64,000 nucleotides of DNA from a virus. Location: positions 24,939 to 88,938 of the IMG/VR virus record IMGVR_UViG_3300032805_000003. One strand, 5' to 3'. This document shows positions 1 through 8,752 of the stretch, in pieces. The position numbers and the translations under genes were made by a program. A model generated the notes under the pieces. The model was not told the origin of the DNA and ran no database searches. It worked only from the letters and a program-made list of their open reading frames with translations. The first letter of the stretch is position 1, and each line of letters starts with the position of its first letter.

Positions 1-498
1 GTCCGGGCCGCCGGCGTCCAGCGCGGCCGCGGCGGCAGCCGCCCAGTCATGGCGCGGGCCCGGGCCGTGGATCCGGCGCGACCAGTCCATCACCGCGAGC
101 GCGCCCGCGCTGGCCGACTGCCCGGCAGCCTGATAGCCGGCTAGCTTGCTGGCGACCCAGGCCAGGTCGTGACCGGAGACATCCGGATCAGCCCAGCCTT
201 CCAGGATCTTGTCCAGCGTCCGGTAGTAGGCCGGGCCGGTGGCCCAGTTGCCGTCCTGGTAGCGGGTGTCCGGGTCGGGCGGGACGACGCCGAGGACTCG
301 CACCAGCCCGCCCTGAACTCGGCTATGAACCCGGGGGGCGGTGGCGTAGATCTCGCCGGTGGCCTGCACGTAGGAGACCCGCCAGCGGGGCCAGTCGTGG
401 CCTTTGACGGTCCAGTTGACGCCGTAGTCGGCTTCGCCGGACAGCATCCGGTCCTTGTTCGCGTTGTAGAACTCGCCGAGCGAGGGATAGGTCTGCAC
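1..498 (-). CDS. Hypothetical protein, runs off left edge of window
   Basis: Manual translation: AAGGGAG RBS then GTG at 498, MQTYPSLGEFYNANKDRMLSGEADYGVNW..., open to base 1. Confidence 0.75.
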   Translation of the reverse strand, partial: MQTYPSLGEFYNANKDRMLSGEADYGVNWTVKGHDWPRWRVSYVQATGEIYATAPRVHSRVQGGLVRVLGVVPPDPDTRYQDGNWATGPAYYRTLDKILEGWADPDVSGHDLAWVASKLAGYQAAGQSASAGALAVMDWSRRIHGPGPRHDWAAAAAAALDAGGPD

Positions 499-520
499 GG
501 AGTTGCGCTCCCTTGTCTGG

Positions 521-1210
521 TCAGTGATCTGGGTTGTAAAGGTCGAACAGTGCAGCCTGGTTGTTGACGGCTTGCTGCCAGCCGAGCACCACCGGCAGGT
601 ACCGGTCGGGCTGGCGGGTCTGGACGAGGTAAGTTCCGTCAGCGGTGTCGCATCCGATCGCCTCGGCGTACTTGAGCCGTCTGAAGGAGTTCACCCGGCC
701 CATGTGGACGGCCTTGCCGCGTGTCTTCGCCTCAGCGACCAGACGGCGGGCAGCTGGCCCGAGCTTCCACGCGTCGTCGCCGCCGACGAACAAGACATCA
801 AAGTCGTCCCACGGCACGATCAGGTCTTCGAGCCCGTTCTGGGCGACCAGCGCGGCCGGATAGCCGATATGCCGGATCCAGTCGAGCATGCGCGCAGACC
901 GCTGGAGGGTGGCTGCGGCGTCGTACAAGACGTCGGGGGCGACAGCGAAGAACGCGCCGCTGGTGTCCGGATCGCAGAAGTCCGACCCTTCGGCTGCCCA
1001 CAAGTCCTGTAGCAGCCCCAGGTACTTTTCGTCACCCGGGTATCCGGCGCCTGCGCGGCCGTCTTTCCCTGGCCCGCAGCTGTTGTCGACGCACCACAGC
1101 GCACCGTCGGGCAGCTTGTTGCCTGCTCGCGGAGTGATGATGCAAGCGAGCGATCCAGCGGCCATGGCCGCGCGGACCCCCGGGGTTGAGGGGTTAGCGA
1201 AGTACAGCAT
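521..1210 (-). CDS. DpdA-like / tRNA-guanine transglycosylase-like protein (putative DNA 7-deazaguanine insertase)
   Basis: MLYFANPS start; motifs WCVDNS, FAVAPDV, VAQNG, LFVGG, VHMGRVNS, CDTADGT typical of the actinophage TGT-like family; adjacent to QueF-like gene. Confidence 0.7.
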   Translation of the reverse strand: MLYFANPSTPGVRAAMAAGSLACIITPRAGNKLPDGALWCVDNSCGPGKDGRAGAGYPGDEKYLGLLQDLWAAEGSDFCDPDTSGAFFAVAPDVLYDAAATLQRSARMLDWIRHIGYPAALVAQNGLEDLIVPWDDFDVLFVGGDDAWKLGPAARRLVAEAKTRGKAVHMGRVNSFRRLKYAEAIGCDTADGTYLVQTRQPDRYLPVVLGWQQAVNNQAALFDLYNPDH

Positions 1211-1472
1211 CGGGTGCTCCGTCTTGAACTTCCACCGACCAGCGGCCGGTGTGCCAGCGGGTGGTGACCGTGCCGCCGGCTGGAAGAAGCGCGGCGATCC
1301 CGGCGGTGTAGTCCTCATGGCTGATGGGCTCGGCAGACAGCCCGTCGATTTGGGCGCCGAAGGCGTGCAGTTCCGGCGCCGGGCCCGCCAGCGTGATCAC
1401 GACTTCGCCGTGGTCGGTTTCGGGCTTGTACGGGCACTGCTTCACGACAGCGGTTCGCAGGATGGTTTTCAC
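1194..1472 (-). CDS. QueF-like T-fold protein (preQ0-modifying enzyme)
   Basis: CP-x5-D-x-G-x-V-x-I...ELH...ISHE mirrors QueF/QueF-L catalytic Cys, Asp and (F/S)HE motifs; 92 aa single T-fold. Confidence 0.65.
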   Translation of the reverse strand: MKTILRTAVVKQCPYKPETDHGEVVITLAGPAPELHAFGAQIDGLSAEPISHEDYTAGIAALLPAGGTVTTRWHTGRWSVEVQDGAPDAVLR

Positions 1473-1807
1473 CGGACGCCTCCGTGCCAGACGGTCCGGT
1501 CGACGTCGTCGGCCAGGTCCGGGCGGATCAGCCGCAGCCGGGTGTGCAGCCGGCGGTACTCGCCCAGCAGTTCGGCAGCGTCGGCTTCTGCCTGCTCGGT
1601 TTCAGCCTGGTAGGTGGCCCGGTTGGTGGTCGCCCAGCCGCGTTCCCGCTCGTTCTCGGGCAACGGCCTGGCCAGCATTCGGGTCAGCTGGGTCCGGCGG
1701 GCTGCGGCGCGGGTTTGCGCCATCCGGGCGTCGTAACCGGCGGCGAGCGCTTCGTTCGCCAGCGACAGTGAGGACACCACCAGCCGGTCCACATTTATCA
1801 ACGTCAT
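1469..1807 (-). CDS. Hypothetical protein
   Basis: ATG at 1807 (MTLINVDRL...), stop overlaps next start. Confidence 0.6.
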   Translation of the reverse strand: MTLINVDRLVVSSLSLANEALAAGYDARMAQTRAAARRTQLTRMLARPLPENERERGWATTNRATYQAETEQAEADAAELLGEYRRLHTRLRLIRPDLADDVDRTVWHGGVR

Positions 1808-1817
1808 GTTGGCCAGC

Positions 1818-2105
1818 CTATAGCGTCCCGGAAACCTTGGCAACACGTATTTGCAGTGCCTCGATCGCCTGGTTCTGCTCGGCCTGAATCTGCTGGCAGC
1901 GCTCGCACCGTTTCGCGTGAGCGATCATCATGAGCACCGCTGCCGGGGTCACATCCGGCGACAACCCCGGCAGCGGCACCGCCCGCCGCAACCCCGGCAA
2001 CACGGTCACCGCACGGCGCAACGACGCCGCCTCGACGCCGCACAACCCCCGGATGACCGCACCCTTCGGCTGGTCGACGATCCGCAGCGGAAGCTCGCCT
2101 TTCAC
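1818..2105 (-). CDS. Hypothetical protein (HxxxCxxC motif)
   Basis: ORF coupled by 4-bp overlap within leftward operon. Confidence 0.55.
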   Translation of the reverse strand: MKGELPLRIVDQPKGAVIRGLCGVEAASLRRAVTVLPGLRRAVPLPGLSPDVTPAAVLMMIAHAKRCERCQQIQAEQNQAIEALQIRVAKVSGTL

Positions 2106-2452
2106 GACTCACCGCCGTCCAGCACGGCAGCGACAGCACGGCCGAAGTAGATGAACGGCGGATGCTTGCGACCGAGGTCACCGAGGCCCTGGCGGATGCG
2201 CTCGCGTTCAGCTGCGGTTCCTTCGCTGACGCCTTGCAGGTAGCCCAGGTCGCGGGCGTGCCCGGGTTCGGTGACGGTGATGAGCGGCGCGGCGGCAACA
2301 GCGGCGCGGCGGCCGGCTTCCAGGAGGACTCCCAGCAGCGCAGACGGGTTTCGCATGAGCAACGCCGTCGCTTCAGGTTCGTAAGCCTGAAGCGCGACGG
2401 CGATAGCGGTGCAGGCGGCGGCGGGTATGGCCTCGGCCGGGATGCCGGTCAT
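2102..2452 (-). CDS. Hypothetical protein
   Basis: ORF with 4-bp overlaps at both ends. Confidence 0.6.
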   Translation of the reverse strand: MTGIPAEAIPAAACTAIAVALQAYEPEATALLMRNPSALLGVLLEAGRRAAVAAAPLITVTEPGHARDLGYLQGVSEGTAAERERIRQGLGDLGRKHPPFIYFGRAVAAVLDGGES

Positions 2453-2973
2453 GGCTGGTACCGGATCAGCGGCTCGTCGCCGCGGACGAACAACGGATGC
2501 CGCGGCTGGCCGTTCGCAGTCAGCCCCAGGCAGTGCAGCTGGACGCCGTCCAGCAAAGCGAGGACGTCCCGGGCGCGGCCGCGGTGAGCGCCGTGCAACC
2601 CCCAGGCTGCGACGACCACCGGCGACGACTCAGCGCGCGCCTTGATGACCAGGTTGTTGTCCGGTCCTTCGGGCGCCAGGTGCTTGATCATCACACGCGG
2701 GTGGGTGGCCCGCAGCGCGAACAGATTCACCACCGCCAGCCCGTCATACCCCCAGGCTTTGCTGTAGGCGATGCACCGGCGGATCGTCGGATCATCGGTG
2801 TTCTCGTCGGCGGTCGACGGGTTCAGCATGATCCAGGTCACGCAGTACGGCTTGGGACCCCAGTGGCGGGTCAGGTCGTACCGGTACACCCGGTCCGGGC
2901 TGAACACCGCCCGGCTGGACTGGCCGAACAAGTCCAGATCTAGTCCGGTCGTCTCGACTGGGGCGGCGGTCAT
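2449..2973 (-). CDS. DUF1643 domain protein
   Basis: YRYDLTRHW, WIMLNPSTAD, DDPTIRRC, VNLFALRAT, PRHPLF motifs; ATG at 2973 overlaps dnaN stop. Confidence 0.85.
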   Translation of the reverse strand: MTAAPVETTGLDLDLFGQSSRAVFSPDRVYRYDLTRHWGPKPYCVTWIMLNPSTADENTDDPTIRRCIAYSKAWGYDGLAVVNLFALRATHPRVMIKHLAPEGPDNNLVIKARAESSPVVVAAWGLHGAHRGRARDVLALLDGVQLHCLGLTANGQPRHPLFVRGDEPLIRYQP

Positions 2974-4112
2974 CGGGAGTTCTCCGTCCGCATCGGCATC
3001 ACCAGCGCGCGGAACTGGTCGTCTTCGGCGCGGGTGACCAGCGCCGGCTTGAACGACCCGGTCATCCGGATCCGGACCTGCCCGGGCACTGGCAGCAGGG
3101 CGTCTCGCAGCAGTTCGGGCCCGAACCCGATCTCCAGCGGCCCGCCTTCGGTCTTGGCCGGCAAAGATTCGACGGCGGTGATCGCCGCGCCGGTGCCGGC
3201 CCGCAGCGTCAGTTCCCCGTCGCCGACCTTCAGATGGATCGCGGTCTTGCGCTCGGCGGCGATCCCGACCCGCTTGATCACCTGAACGAGCCCGGCCGCG
3301 TCGGCTTCGACGACGACCGGGAACTCCCGGTTCTTGCCCATCAGCGACCGGTAATCCACGAACTCGCCGCCGGCGCACCGGATCGTCACCCGCCGGCGCC
3401 CCAGGTCGCTGGCGAACCCGGCCAGCCCGGTCCCGTCCGAACCCGGATCCGGCAGGCTGATGGTGATCTCGCCGGCGTCGGGCAGGCCTTTGACGAACGC
3501 CGCCAGCGCTTTGCCCGGGACCAGCGCCGTCCGGGGATCCATGCCCGGGTCAGCCGGGGTCCAGGGCAGGTCGACGGTCGCGAGCTCGTACCGGTCGGTG
3601 GCAGCCAGCACCAGCCCGGTCTTGCTGGCTTCCAGGCACACCGTCGTCAGCACCGGCAATTCGGTGTCGCTGCTGACGGCGGGCAGCACGCTGGCGACCG
3701 CCTGAGCGAACCCGGCCGGCGAGCACGACCCGGCCGGCGCGGAAGTCTCCGGGAACTGCGGGTACTCGTCCAGCGGCAGGGTGTTCAGCGAGAACTTGCT
3801 GGTTCCGCACGCCAGCCGGAGCATCGCGCCGTCCAGCTCGAGGTCGGCTGGCTTGGCGGGCAGGCTGGCGGCGATCGTGGTGAACAGCCGGCCGGGGATC
3901 AAGACGGCACCGGGTTTGTCGCTGCGGACACCGGTGACGCTGATCTGAGCGCCGTTGTCGCCGTCGAACGCGTCGACGATCAGCGTGCCTTCGCGGGCGG
4001 TCAGCCGCAGGCCGGCGTAGACCGGGACGTACGGGCGGGCCGGGAGCGTGCGAGCAGCCCACGCGGTAGCGCTGGCCAGATCGCTCTGGCTGATGGTGAG
4101 TTTCACGGTCAT
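2970..4112 (-). CDS. dnaN: DNA polymerase III beta sliding clamp (phage-encoded)
   Basis: 380 aa; ARTLPARP..PV, LIPGRLF, ATDRYELA, GEFVDYRSL, KPAL, ALVMPMR match actinobacterial DnaN. Confidence 0.9.
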   Translation of the reverse strand: MTVKLTISQSDLASATAWAARTLPARPYVPVYAGLRLTAREGTLIVDAFDGDNGAQISVTGVRSDKPGAVLIPGRLFTTIAASLPAKPADLELDGAMLRLACGTSKFSLNTLPLDEYPQFPETSAPAGSCSPAGFAQAVASVLPAVSSDTELPVLTTVCLEASKTGLVLAATDRYELATVDLPWTPADPGMDPRTALVPGKALAAFVKGLPDAGEITISLPDPGSDGTGLAGFASDLGRRRVTIRCAGGEFVDYRSLMGKNREFPVVVEADAAGLVQVIKRVGIAAERKTAIHLKVGDGELTLRAGTGAAITAVESLPAKTEGGPLEIGFGPELLRDALLPVPGQVRIRMTGSFKPALVTRAEDDQFRALVMPMRTENSR

Positions 4113-4642
4113 GCTGCCTTTCCGGTTGTGATCGGGCTGGGCCAGAATCTGTTGACCTGCTGTCCGGACATGCGCAGCCAGCAGCGGACGTGCCAGCGGC
4201 TGTAACCGAGGGCAGCCATCTGCCGGACTGCTTCAGCGCGTTCGGCGCTGGTCATCTGGACGTCGTCGCCGGCGATCACCCGGTCGACAACGGCCTGGTC
4301 GAAAAACAGCTGGTTCACGCGGTGACCAGACATCCGCAGACGTTTAGCGACCTGCGAGCGGGTGAAACCACGGCGCGCCATCTGCCGGACCGCTTCAGCG
4401 CGTTCCAGGCGGGTGAGCGGGACGTCTTCGCCGTCGATCGCCCGTTCAACCGCGACGTCGTCGACGAAAGCGTCAGGCGGCGGCCAGCCGCCGGCGCGGC
4501 GGGCAGCTGCGCGGGCTGCCCGGCAGATGTCATCGAGCGGTTCATGGCGGTACCGGTGCCGGGCGATCGCCGCGGCGGTGCCGCAAGGCTGGATCCACCG
4601 GGCGCCGTAGCGGGTGTCGTCCCGGCGCTGGTTCCGGATCAC
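4109..4642 (-). CDS. DNA-binding protein with two tandem HTH-like repeats
   Basis: N-terminal PCGT..A..RH...CR motif; two ~50-aa copies of ERAEAVRQMA..G...LRMSG..VN. Confidence 0.65.
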   Translation of the reverse strand: MIRNQRRDDTRYGARWIQPCGTAAAIARHRYRHEPLDDICRAARAAARRAGGWPPPDAFVDDVAVERAIDGEDVPLTRLERAEAVRQMARRGFTRSQVAKRLRMSGHRVNQLFFDQAVVDRVIAGDDVQMTSAERAEAVRQMAALGYSRWHVRCWLRMSGQQVNRFWPSPITTGKAA

Positions 4643-4938
4643 TGGTCACCACCCATCGCGGCCCGGACCGCGGCGATCCCCCGCCGGGACGCCTCCGCTT
4701 GCCTGGGATCCGGCTGGGCGGGCCGGCGCGCATGCAGCGGGTTGCGGGACGCTTCCGTCAGATCACGCGGGCCGGCCTGCTCGTCGACCATCAGCCGGAC
4801 GGTCTCCTGCAAGATCCGGGGCCATGGCCAGCCGGCGGAACGGACAGCGCCGATCGCGCCGGCGAGCCGGTCCCGGTCCCAGTCCGGCCGGACTGCGGCG
4901 GCCAGGTCGATCAGCTGGAGGGTGGCGACTTCGATCAC
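4639..4938 (-). CDS. Hypothetical protein
   Basis: Coupled ORF with RPDWD motif, downstream of replication genes. Confidence 0.6.
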   Translation of the reverse strand: MIEVATLQLIDLAAAVRPDWDRDRLAGAIGAVRSAGWPWPRILQETVRLMVDEQAGPRDLTEASRNPLHARRPAQPDPRQAEASRRGIAAVRAAMGGDQ

Positions 4939-5498
4939 GGTTCGCTCCTTCGTGGCTGGCGTCGTGATTCGGCGGCTTGCCGGCGCGCGATCGCTTGCGG
5001 GCTTTCGATCGCCCGCCGCCGGGCCGGCCCTAGGATCTGCCTGAGTTCTCCGAACGCGGCCCGCAGCGACGCGGGCGGCCCGTTCGTTCGCATCACCGGC
5101 GCGGCGAGCGCCCGGAACGCGCTGGTGACCGGCAAAGCGTGGCCGTCGCCAGCGCGCCGGATGTTCGCCTGCAACGCAGCCTGGAAAGCTGGCGGGTTGT
5201 CGGCCAGTTCTGCGGGCGGGTCGTCGACGACCGACTTCTTGATCCGTTCGGCGCGGGTTGCCCTGACCCGGCGCCGGATGTCAGCGGGCATGATCCAGTC
5301 CCGCGTTTCGCGGTAATGCGCCTGGACGGCTTGCGCGCAGTCGGCGTAAGTCAGGTCGCCGATCATCTCCAGCCAGAACCCGATCACGGCGTTGCGGCCT
5401 TCGACGTCGTCTTCGTCCGGCGGCTTGCGGTTGTCCGCGAGCGCCATCAGGCCGAGCAGTTTGCCGACTTCGCCGGGAGTCATCCGGGGCTGGTTCAC
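4935..5498 (-). CDS. Putative helicase loader/inhibitor-like protein (G39P-like)
   Basis: MTPGEV..LL...W...IGDL.Y.D...AV..HY......MPADI pattern; directly downstream of initiator. Confidence 0.55.
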   Translation of the reverse strand: MNQPRMTPGEVGKLLGLMALADNRKPPDEDDVEGRNAVIGFWLEMIGDLTYADCAQAVQAHYRETRDWIMPADIRRRVRATRAERIKKSVVDDPPAELADNPPAFQAALQANIRRAGDGHALPVTSAFRALAAPVMRTNGPPASLRAAFGELRQILGPARRRAIESPQAIARRQAAESRRQPRRSEP

Positions 5499-6448
5499 CG
5501 GCCCGCGCCCCCTTCCGCCTCGAAACCGAGCCCGGCGTCCATCCAGCCGCGCGCCCGGTCCGGCGCTGACGGTGAGGCAGGCCTGCTGCCGTTGCGCTGT
5601 CCGGCGCCCCGGATTTCGCCGAGGGCGACGGTGATCGTGCCGCCCGAGACCGGCCGGCGTTCGCGGGCGAGCTTGTCGAGTGCCCGTGCTACGTCGTTGC
5701 GCGGAAGCCCGTTGGCGATGGCGGTGCGGATGACGCCGCGGATGGCCAGGAACGGCTGGGCGGTTGCGGACTTGTGGTGTTCCCAGAACGCGGCGGCCAG
5801 CTCGTCGGCGACGTCGTGCTTGCGCTGTCCTCGCCGCTGGGGTGCAACTGGTTGCACCCCAGGGTTTTCGGCCGCCGTGGTTGTACCTGAGCTATCTGCA
5901 CCTACAGGTACATCAAGGGGGTTGAGGTTAGTAGTTAGTTTGGGTGCAATGGGTTTCACCCCAGGCGACGCTGTATTGCACCCCAGCAAATCGGACACTT
6001 GAGGTGCAGTGGGTTGCACCCCAGGGGATTCATGCAGGTCAGAGCCGGTTTGGGGTGCAATAGGTTGCACGTCAGCCTGGGGTGAATCTGGTTGCACCCC
6101 AAGGTCAGCCTGGGGTGCAACCGGTTGCACCCCTTGGGGTGAACCTGATTGCACCCCAGCGACGCGCTCCATCGCCAGGTCATAGACCATCGGACGACGG
6201 TTCTGCGGCAGGTCCCCGGTCAGCGACTGGTCCCCAGGACGGATCAGGCCGAGTCCGACAAGAAGCGCCAGGTCGTACCGCACCTGACGCTGGCTCTTGC
6301 GGGCATAGCCGCTCAAGGTGAGAGCGCTCGGGAAGGCTCCGCGGCCTTGCTTGTCGGCGTGGTGGGCGAGGCCGAACAGGGAGCCGACGCACTGCGGCGG
6401 AACGTCTGGCGCGTCGCGAAGCGCCCACACGATCGCCTCGTAGCTCAT
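5495..6448 (-). CDS. Replication initiator protein (N-terminal winged HTH, lambda-O-like layout)
   Basis: MSYEAIVWAL...LAHHADKQGRGAFPS..TL; central GVQPxxPQ repeats encoded by DNA iterons. Confidence 0.8.
   Translation of the reverse strand: MSYEAIVWALRDAPDVPPQCVGSLFGLAHHADKQGRGAFPSALTLSGYARKSQRQVRYDLALLVGLGLIRPGDQSLTGDLPQNRRPMVYDLAMERVAGVQSGSPQGVQPVAPQADLGVQPDSPQADVQPIAPQTGSDLHESPGVQPTAPQVSDLLGCNTASPGVKPIAPKLTTNLNPLDVPVGADSSGTTTAAENPGVQPVAPQRRGQRKHDVADELAAAFWEHHKSATAQPFLAIRGVIRTAIANGLPRNDVARALDKLARERRPVSGGTITVALGEIRGAGQRNGSRPASPSAPDRARGWMDAGLGFEAEGGAGR
5839..6157. repeat. Replication origin: about 8 palindromic 22-bp iterons GGGGTGCAA-N4-TTGCACCCC
   Basis: Copies near 5839, 5941, 5965 (partial), 6001, 6052, 6079, 6112 (perfect GGGGTGCAACCGGTTGCACCCC) and 6136; AT-richer stretch at about 5880-5945. 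Confidence 0.8.
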
Positions 6449-6644
6449 GCTGCATCCCGGCGGGGAAGCCCCGCCCGCCGCATGGCGCTCATTGTCACCG
6501 ATTCCCACCGTCTGCTTTTTCCGTTTCGCGTACTTGTGGTATGCCTACACTACACGTTGCATCGTGGCAACGCTACCTGTAGGCGAATGCCGTGTAAATA
6601 TGGCATACTGGTGACGTGGCCTAGAGACGTGCCACGATTAGGGA

Positions 6645-6899
6645 GTGACCGACGACATGGCTGGAGTGCTCGCCGCGCATCAGGCGTATCTGGACGCCCC
6701 CGACGAAGCGAGAGAACTACTCGCCCGCCGCCGCGCCCAGCTTGGTCTTGCGGTCGCCCGGGAACGAGGCCAGGGCACATCGCAGAGAGCCATCGCTGAA
6801 CGACTCGGCCGGACCCGCGAGCAGATCCGCCGTTATCAGCAGGCCTACGACGACTGGCAGCATGACCACCCTGACGAGCAGCTAGAAGCAGTCGGCTAG
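6645..6899 (+). CDS. Small HTH regulator (opposite strand to early arm)
   Basis: SQRAIAERLGRTREQIRRY helix-turn-helix; AGGGAG upstream; AT-richer divergent intergenic region. Confidence 0.7.
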   Translation: MTDDMAGVLAAHQAYLDAPDEARELLARRRAQLGLAVARERGQGTSQRAIAERLGRTREQIRRYQQAYDDWQHDHPDEQLEAVG

Positions 6900-6902
6900 C
6901 CA

Positions 6903-7250
6903 TCAGGCAGCCGCCTTCCAGCCCAGGTACTTGCGGCGCGTCTTCCGTCCCAGATGCCAGTGCCCGGCCGGGCACCGGTACTCGTTCAGCCCCTGACCTT
7001 TCCGGTGCTTAGGCATCCGCCGGATCGCGGCCCTGGCGAGAGCCTGAGTCTCGTACCGGGTCTTCCACGGATGCAGGCACCGGCCAGTTTTGACCAGCCC
7101 GGCCAGCTCGGCTGGCTCGTCGTCCCGCTCGAGGCGGGCCAGCCATTGCCGGTAAGCAGCTTGACGGTCTTCAGCTTCGCGGCGGCGGCGGGCCCGCAGC
7201 ACCCGCAGCGCGCCGCGGTGCTGCGGGCCGGTGAAACGCGACATCTTCAC
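6903..7250 (-). CDS. Hypothetical zinc-finger-like protein
   Basis: C..K.RY...A...YRCPAGHWHL motif common in actinophage early genes. Confidence 0.6.
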   Translation of the reverse strand: MKMSRFTGPQHRGALRVLRARRRREAEDRQAAYRQWLARLERDDEPAELAGLVKTGRCLHPWKTRYETQALARAAIRRMPKHRKGQGLNEYRCPAGHWHLGRKTRRKYLGWKAAA

Positions 7251-7618
7251 ACCTCCGGCTGATAGTCGCGGCAGGCGGGCCACCAGACCCGGACGTCTGT
7301 CGCTGCACCGTTAGTGACCCGCACCGGGCGGCCGGTGACCGGGCCCGGCAGATAGCACTTGCCGTAGACCCGGTCGTGGTGCCTGAGCAGCTGGCGGAAC
7401 TGGCAACTGCCGCACCGCAACCCGGGTGCTGTCCGGTCAGCAGCGGGTGCGGCGTCTGGGTGCAACGGCAGCGGGAACCCCAGCGGTGACGACAGCGGGT
7501 GCCGGCCGCTGGCGAGCAATTCCGCCTGCCGCCGGGTCCGGCGCTGGTCTGCTGACTCATGCTCGGCAGGTTCAGCGGGCAGCCCGGGGTCGACGTGGAA
7601 CAGTTCAATCTGGCTCAT
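7247..7618 (-). CDS. Hypothetical Cys-rich protein with N-terminal QIELF motif
   Basis: HPL, CGSC, KC, WWPAC motifs; coupled ORF. Confidence 0.65.
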   Translation of the reverse strand: MSQIELFHVDPGLPAEPAEHESADQRRTRRQAELLASGRHPLSSPLGFPLPLHPDAAPAADRTAPGLRCGSCQFRQLLRHHDRVYGKCYLPGPVTGRPVRVTNGAATDVRVWWPACRDYQPEV

Positions 7619-7856
7619 CGCTTTCTCCGTGGTTCAGGTACGGCCCGATCCGGATAGGAGGCAGGCCGTCGATACGCGTGAGCTCGGCCGCCGACATGCC
7701 ATCGGGCGGCAGCGTCGGCGGCAGAGTGACGATCAGCGCGACGGCGGGACGGCTAGCGCCACCCCGGCGGCCGCGGCGAGCGCGCAGACGATCAAGCCAA
7801 CGGCCAGCCAGGCAAGTCCTCGTATGACGACCCGGGCGGTCTTGGCGGCGGCGCAT
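7605..7856 (-). CDS. Hypothetical protein
   Basis: ORF fills gap in leftward operon. Confidence 0.4.
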   Translation of the reverse strand: MRRRQDRPGRHTRTCLAGRWLDRLRARRGRRGGASRPAVALIVTLPPTLPPDGMSAAELTRIDGLPPIRIGPYLNHGESDEPD

Positions 7857-7857
7857 C

Positions 7858-8175
7858 TCACTGCGCCTCCCGGCCGTGCGCGCCGGCCTTCAAGAACTGG
7901 CCGGTGACCGGATCCCGCGGCCGTTCAGCGGCGAGAGCCGCCAGATGCGGGTTGCGAGTGCTGCGCGCTTGCGCTGGCCGGTCAGCAGCCGGCCGGCTGA
8001 TCGGCGGCGCGGTCTTGTCGATGCTGGCCAGCAGCTGGCGCAGCGGGACCAGCTTGGGTTCCGGCGGCTTCCGGCGCGCGGGAGCGGTCCGCAGCCGGCC
8101 AGCGACCAGCCCGCCCGCCAGGACCAGGTTTTCGACGACCAGCCCGCCGGCGACGACGACACCGGCGGCGCTCAC
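7858..8175 (-). CDS. Hypothetical protein with N-terminal hydrophobic segment
   Basis: GTG at 8175 overlapping upstream stop; C-terminal RDPVTGQF motif. Confidence 0.55.
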   Translation of the reverse strand: MSAAGVVVAGGLVVENLVLAGGLVAGRLRTAPARRKPPEPKLVPLRQLLASIDKTAPPISRPAADRPAQARSTRNPHLAALAAERPRDPVTGQFLKAGAHGREAQ

Positions 8176-8441
8176 GCTGGCTCTCCCGCCTGGTCGCCAG
8201 AGCCGGCGACCTGGCCGGCTGCAGCGGTCTGGACGGCGGCGAGCTCGGCCGCCCGGCGGGCTAGCGCTCGTTCGAGGCACGCTGCAGCCTCGTCCGGGTT
8301 AGTGCTGGTGGCGGTCGGGCAGTAGTGGGTGCCGTCGCCGGGTGACACCATCTCGCCGGCGGGGCGCTCCAGCGCGCACAGCGAGCACGCAGCCGTCTCA
8401 GCTTCAGTCGTAGACAAGGTCACGGTCGTAGACATGATCAC
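8172..8441 (-). CDS. Hypothetical protein (CxxC...C...C)
   Basis: GAAAGG RBS, coupled ORF. Confidence 0.55.
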   Translation of the reverse strand: MIMSTTVTLSTTEAETAACSLCALERPAGEMVSPGDGTHYCPTATSTNPDEAAACLERALARRAAELAAVQTAAAGQVAGSGDQAGEPA

Positions 8442-8752
8442 GGTCGTTGGTTCCTTTCTGGTTCGTTCACAAGCGGGTAGCGGGTGAGCATGCAGAAGGC
8501 GATCGCCAGCTGGTCTTCCTGATCGGGAGTCAAGACGTCGCCGTCGACTGGCCGGCCCGGATGCTGCGCCGGCGTTGGCGGCAGCGATGTCATCGGCGGC
8601 TTGGACGCCGGCGGCGGCGCGGGTGGAAGGCGACGGCCGTGGACCGCGTTGACTGCCCGGGTCGCCAGGATCGCGACGCAAACCAGGCCGCCGAGGATCA
8701 GGTAAGCGATCACACAGCCGACCGAATAGTCGTACGGGGTGACGGTGTTCAT
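8438..8752 (-). CDS. Putative membrane protein
   Basis: One hydrophobic helix VGCVIAYLILGGLVCVAILA. Confidence 0.55.
   Translation of the reverse strand: MNTVTPYDYSVGCVIAYLILGGLVCVAILATRAVNAVHGRRLPPAPPPASKPPMTSLPPTPAQHPGRPVDGDVLTPDQEDQLAIAFCMLTRYPLVNEPERNQRP

Noticed and set aside
5839-6157. Palindromic repeats resembling a CRISPR array
   Set aside because: Irregular short spacing, in frame within the initiator gene, no cas genes; better explained as iterons
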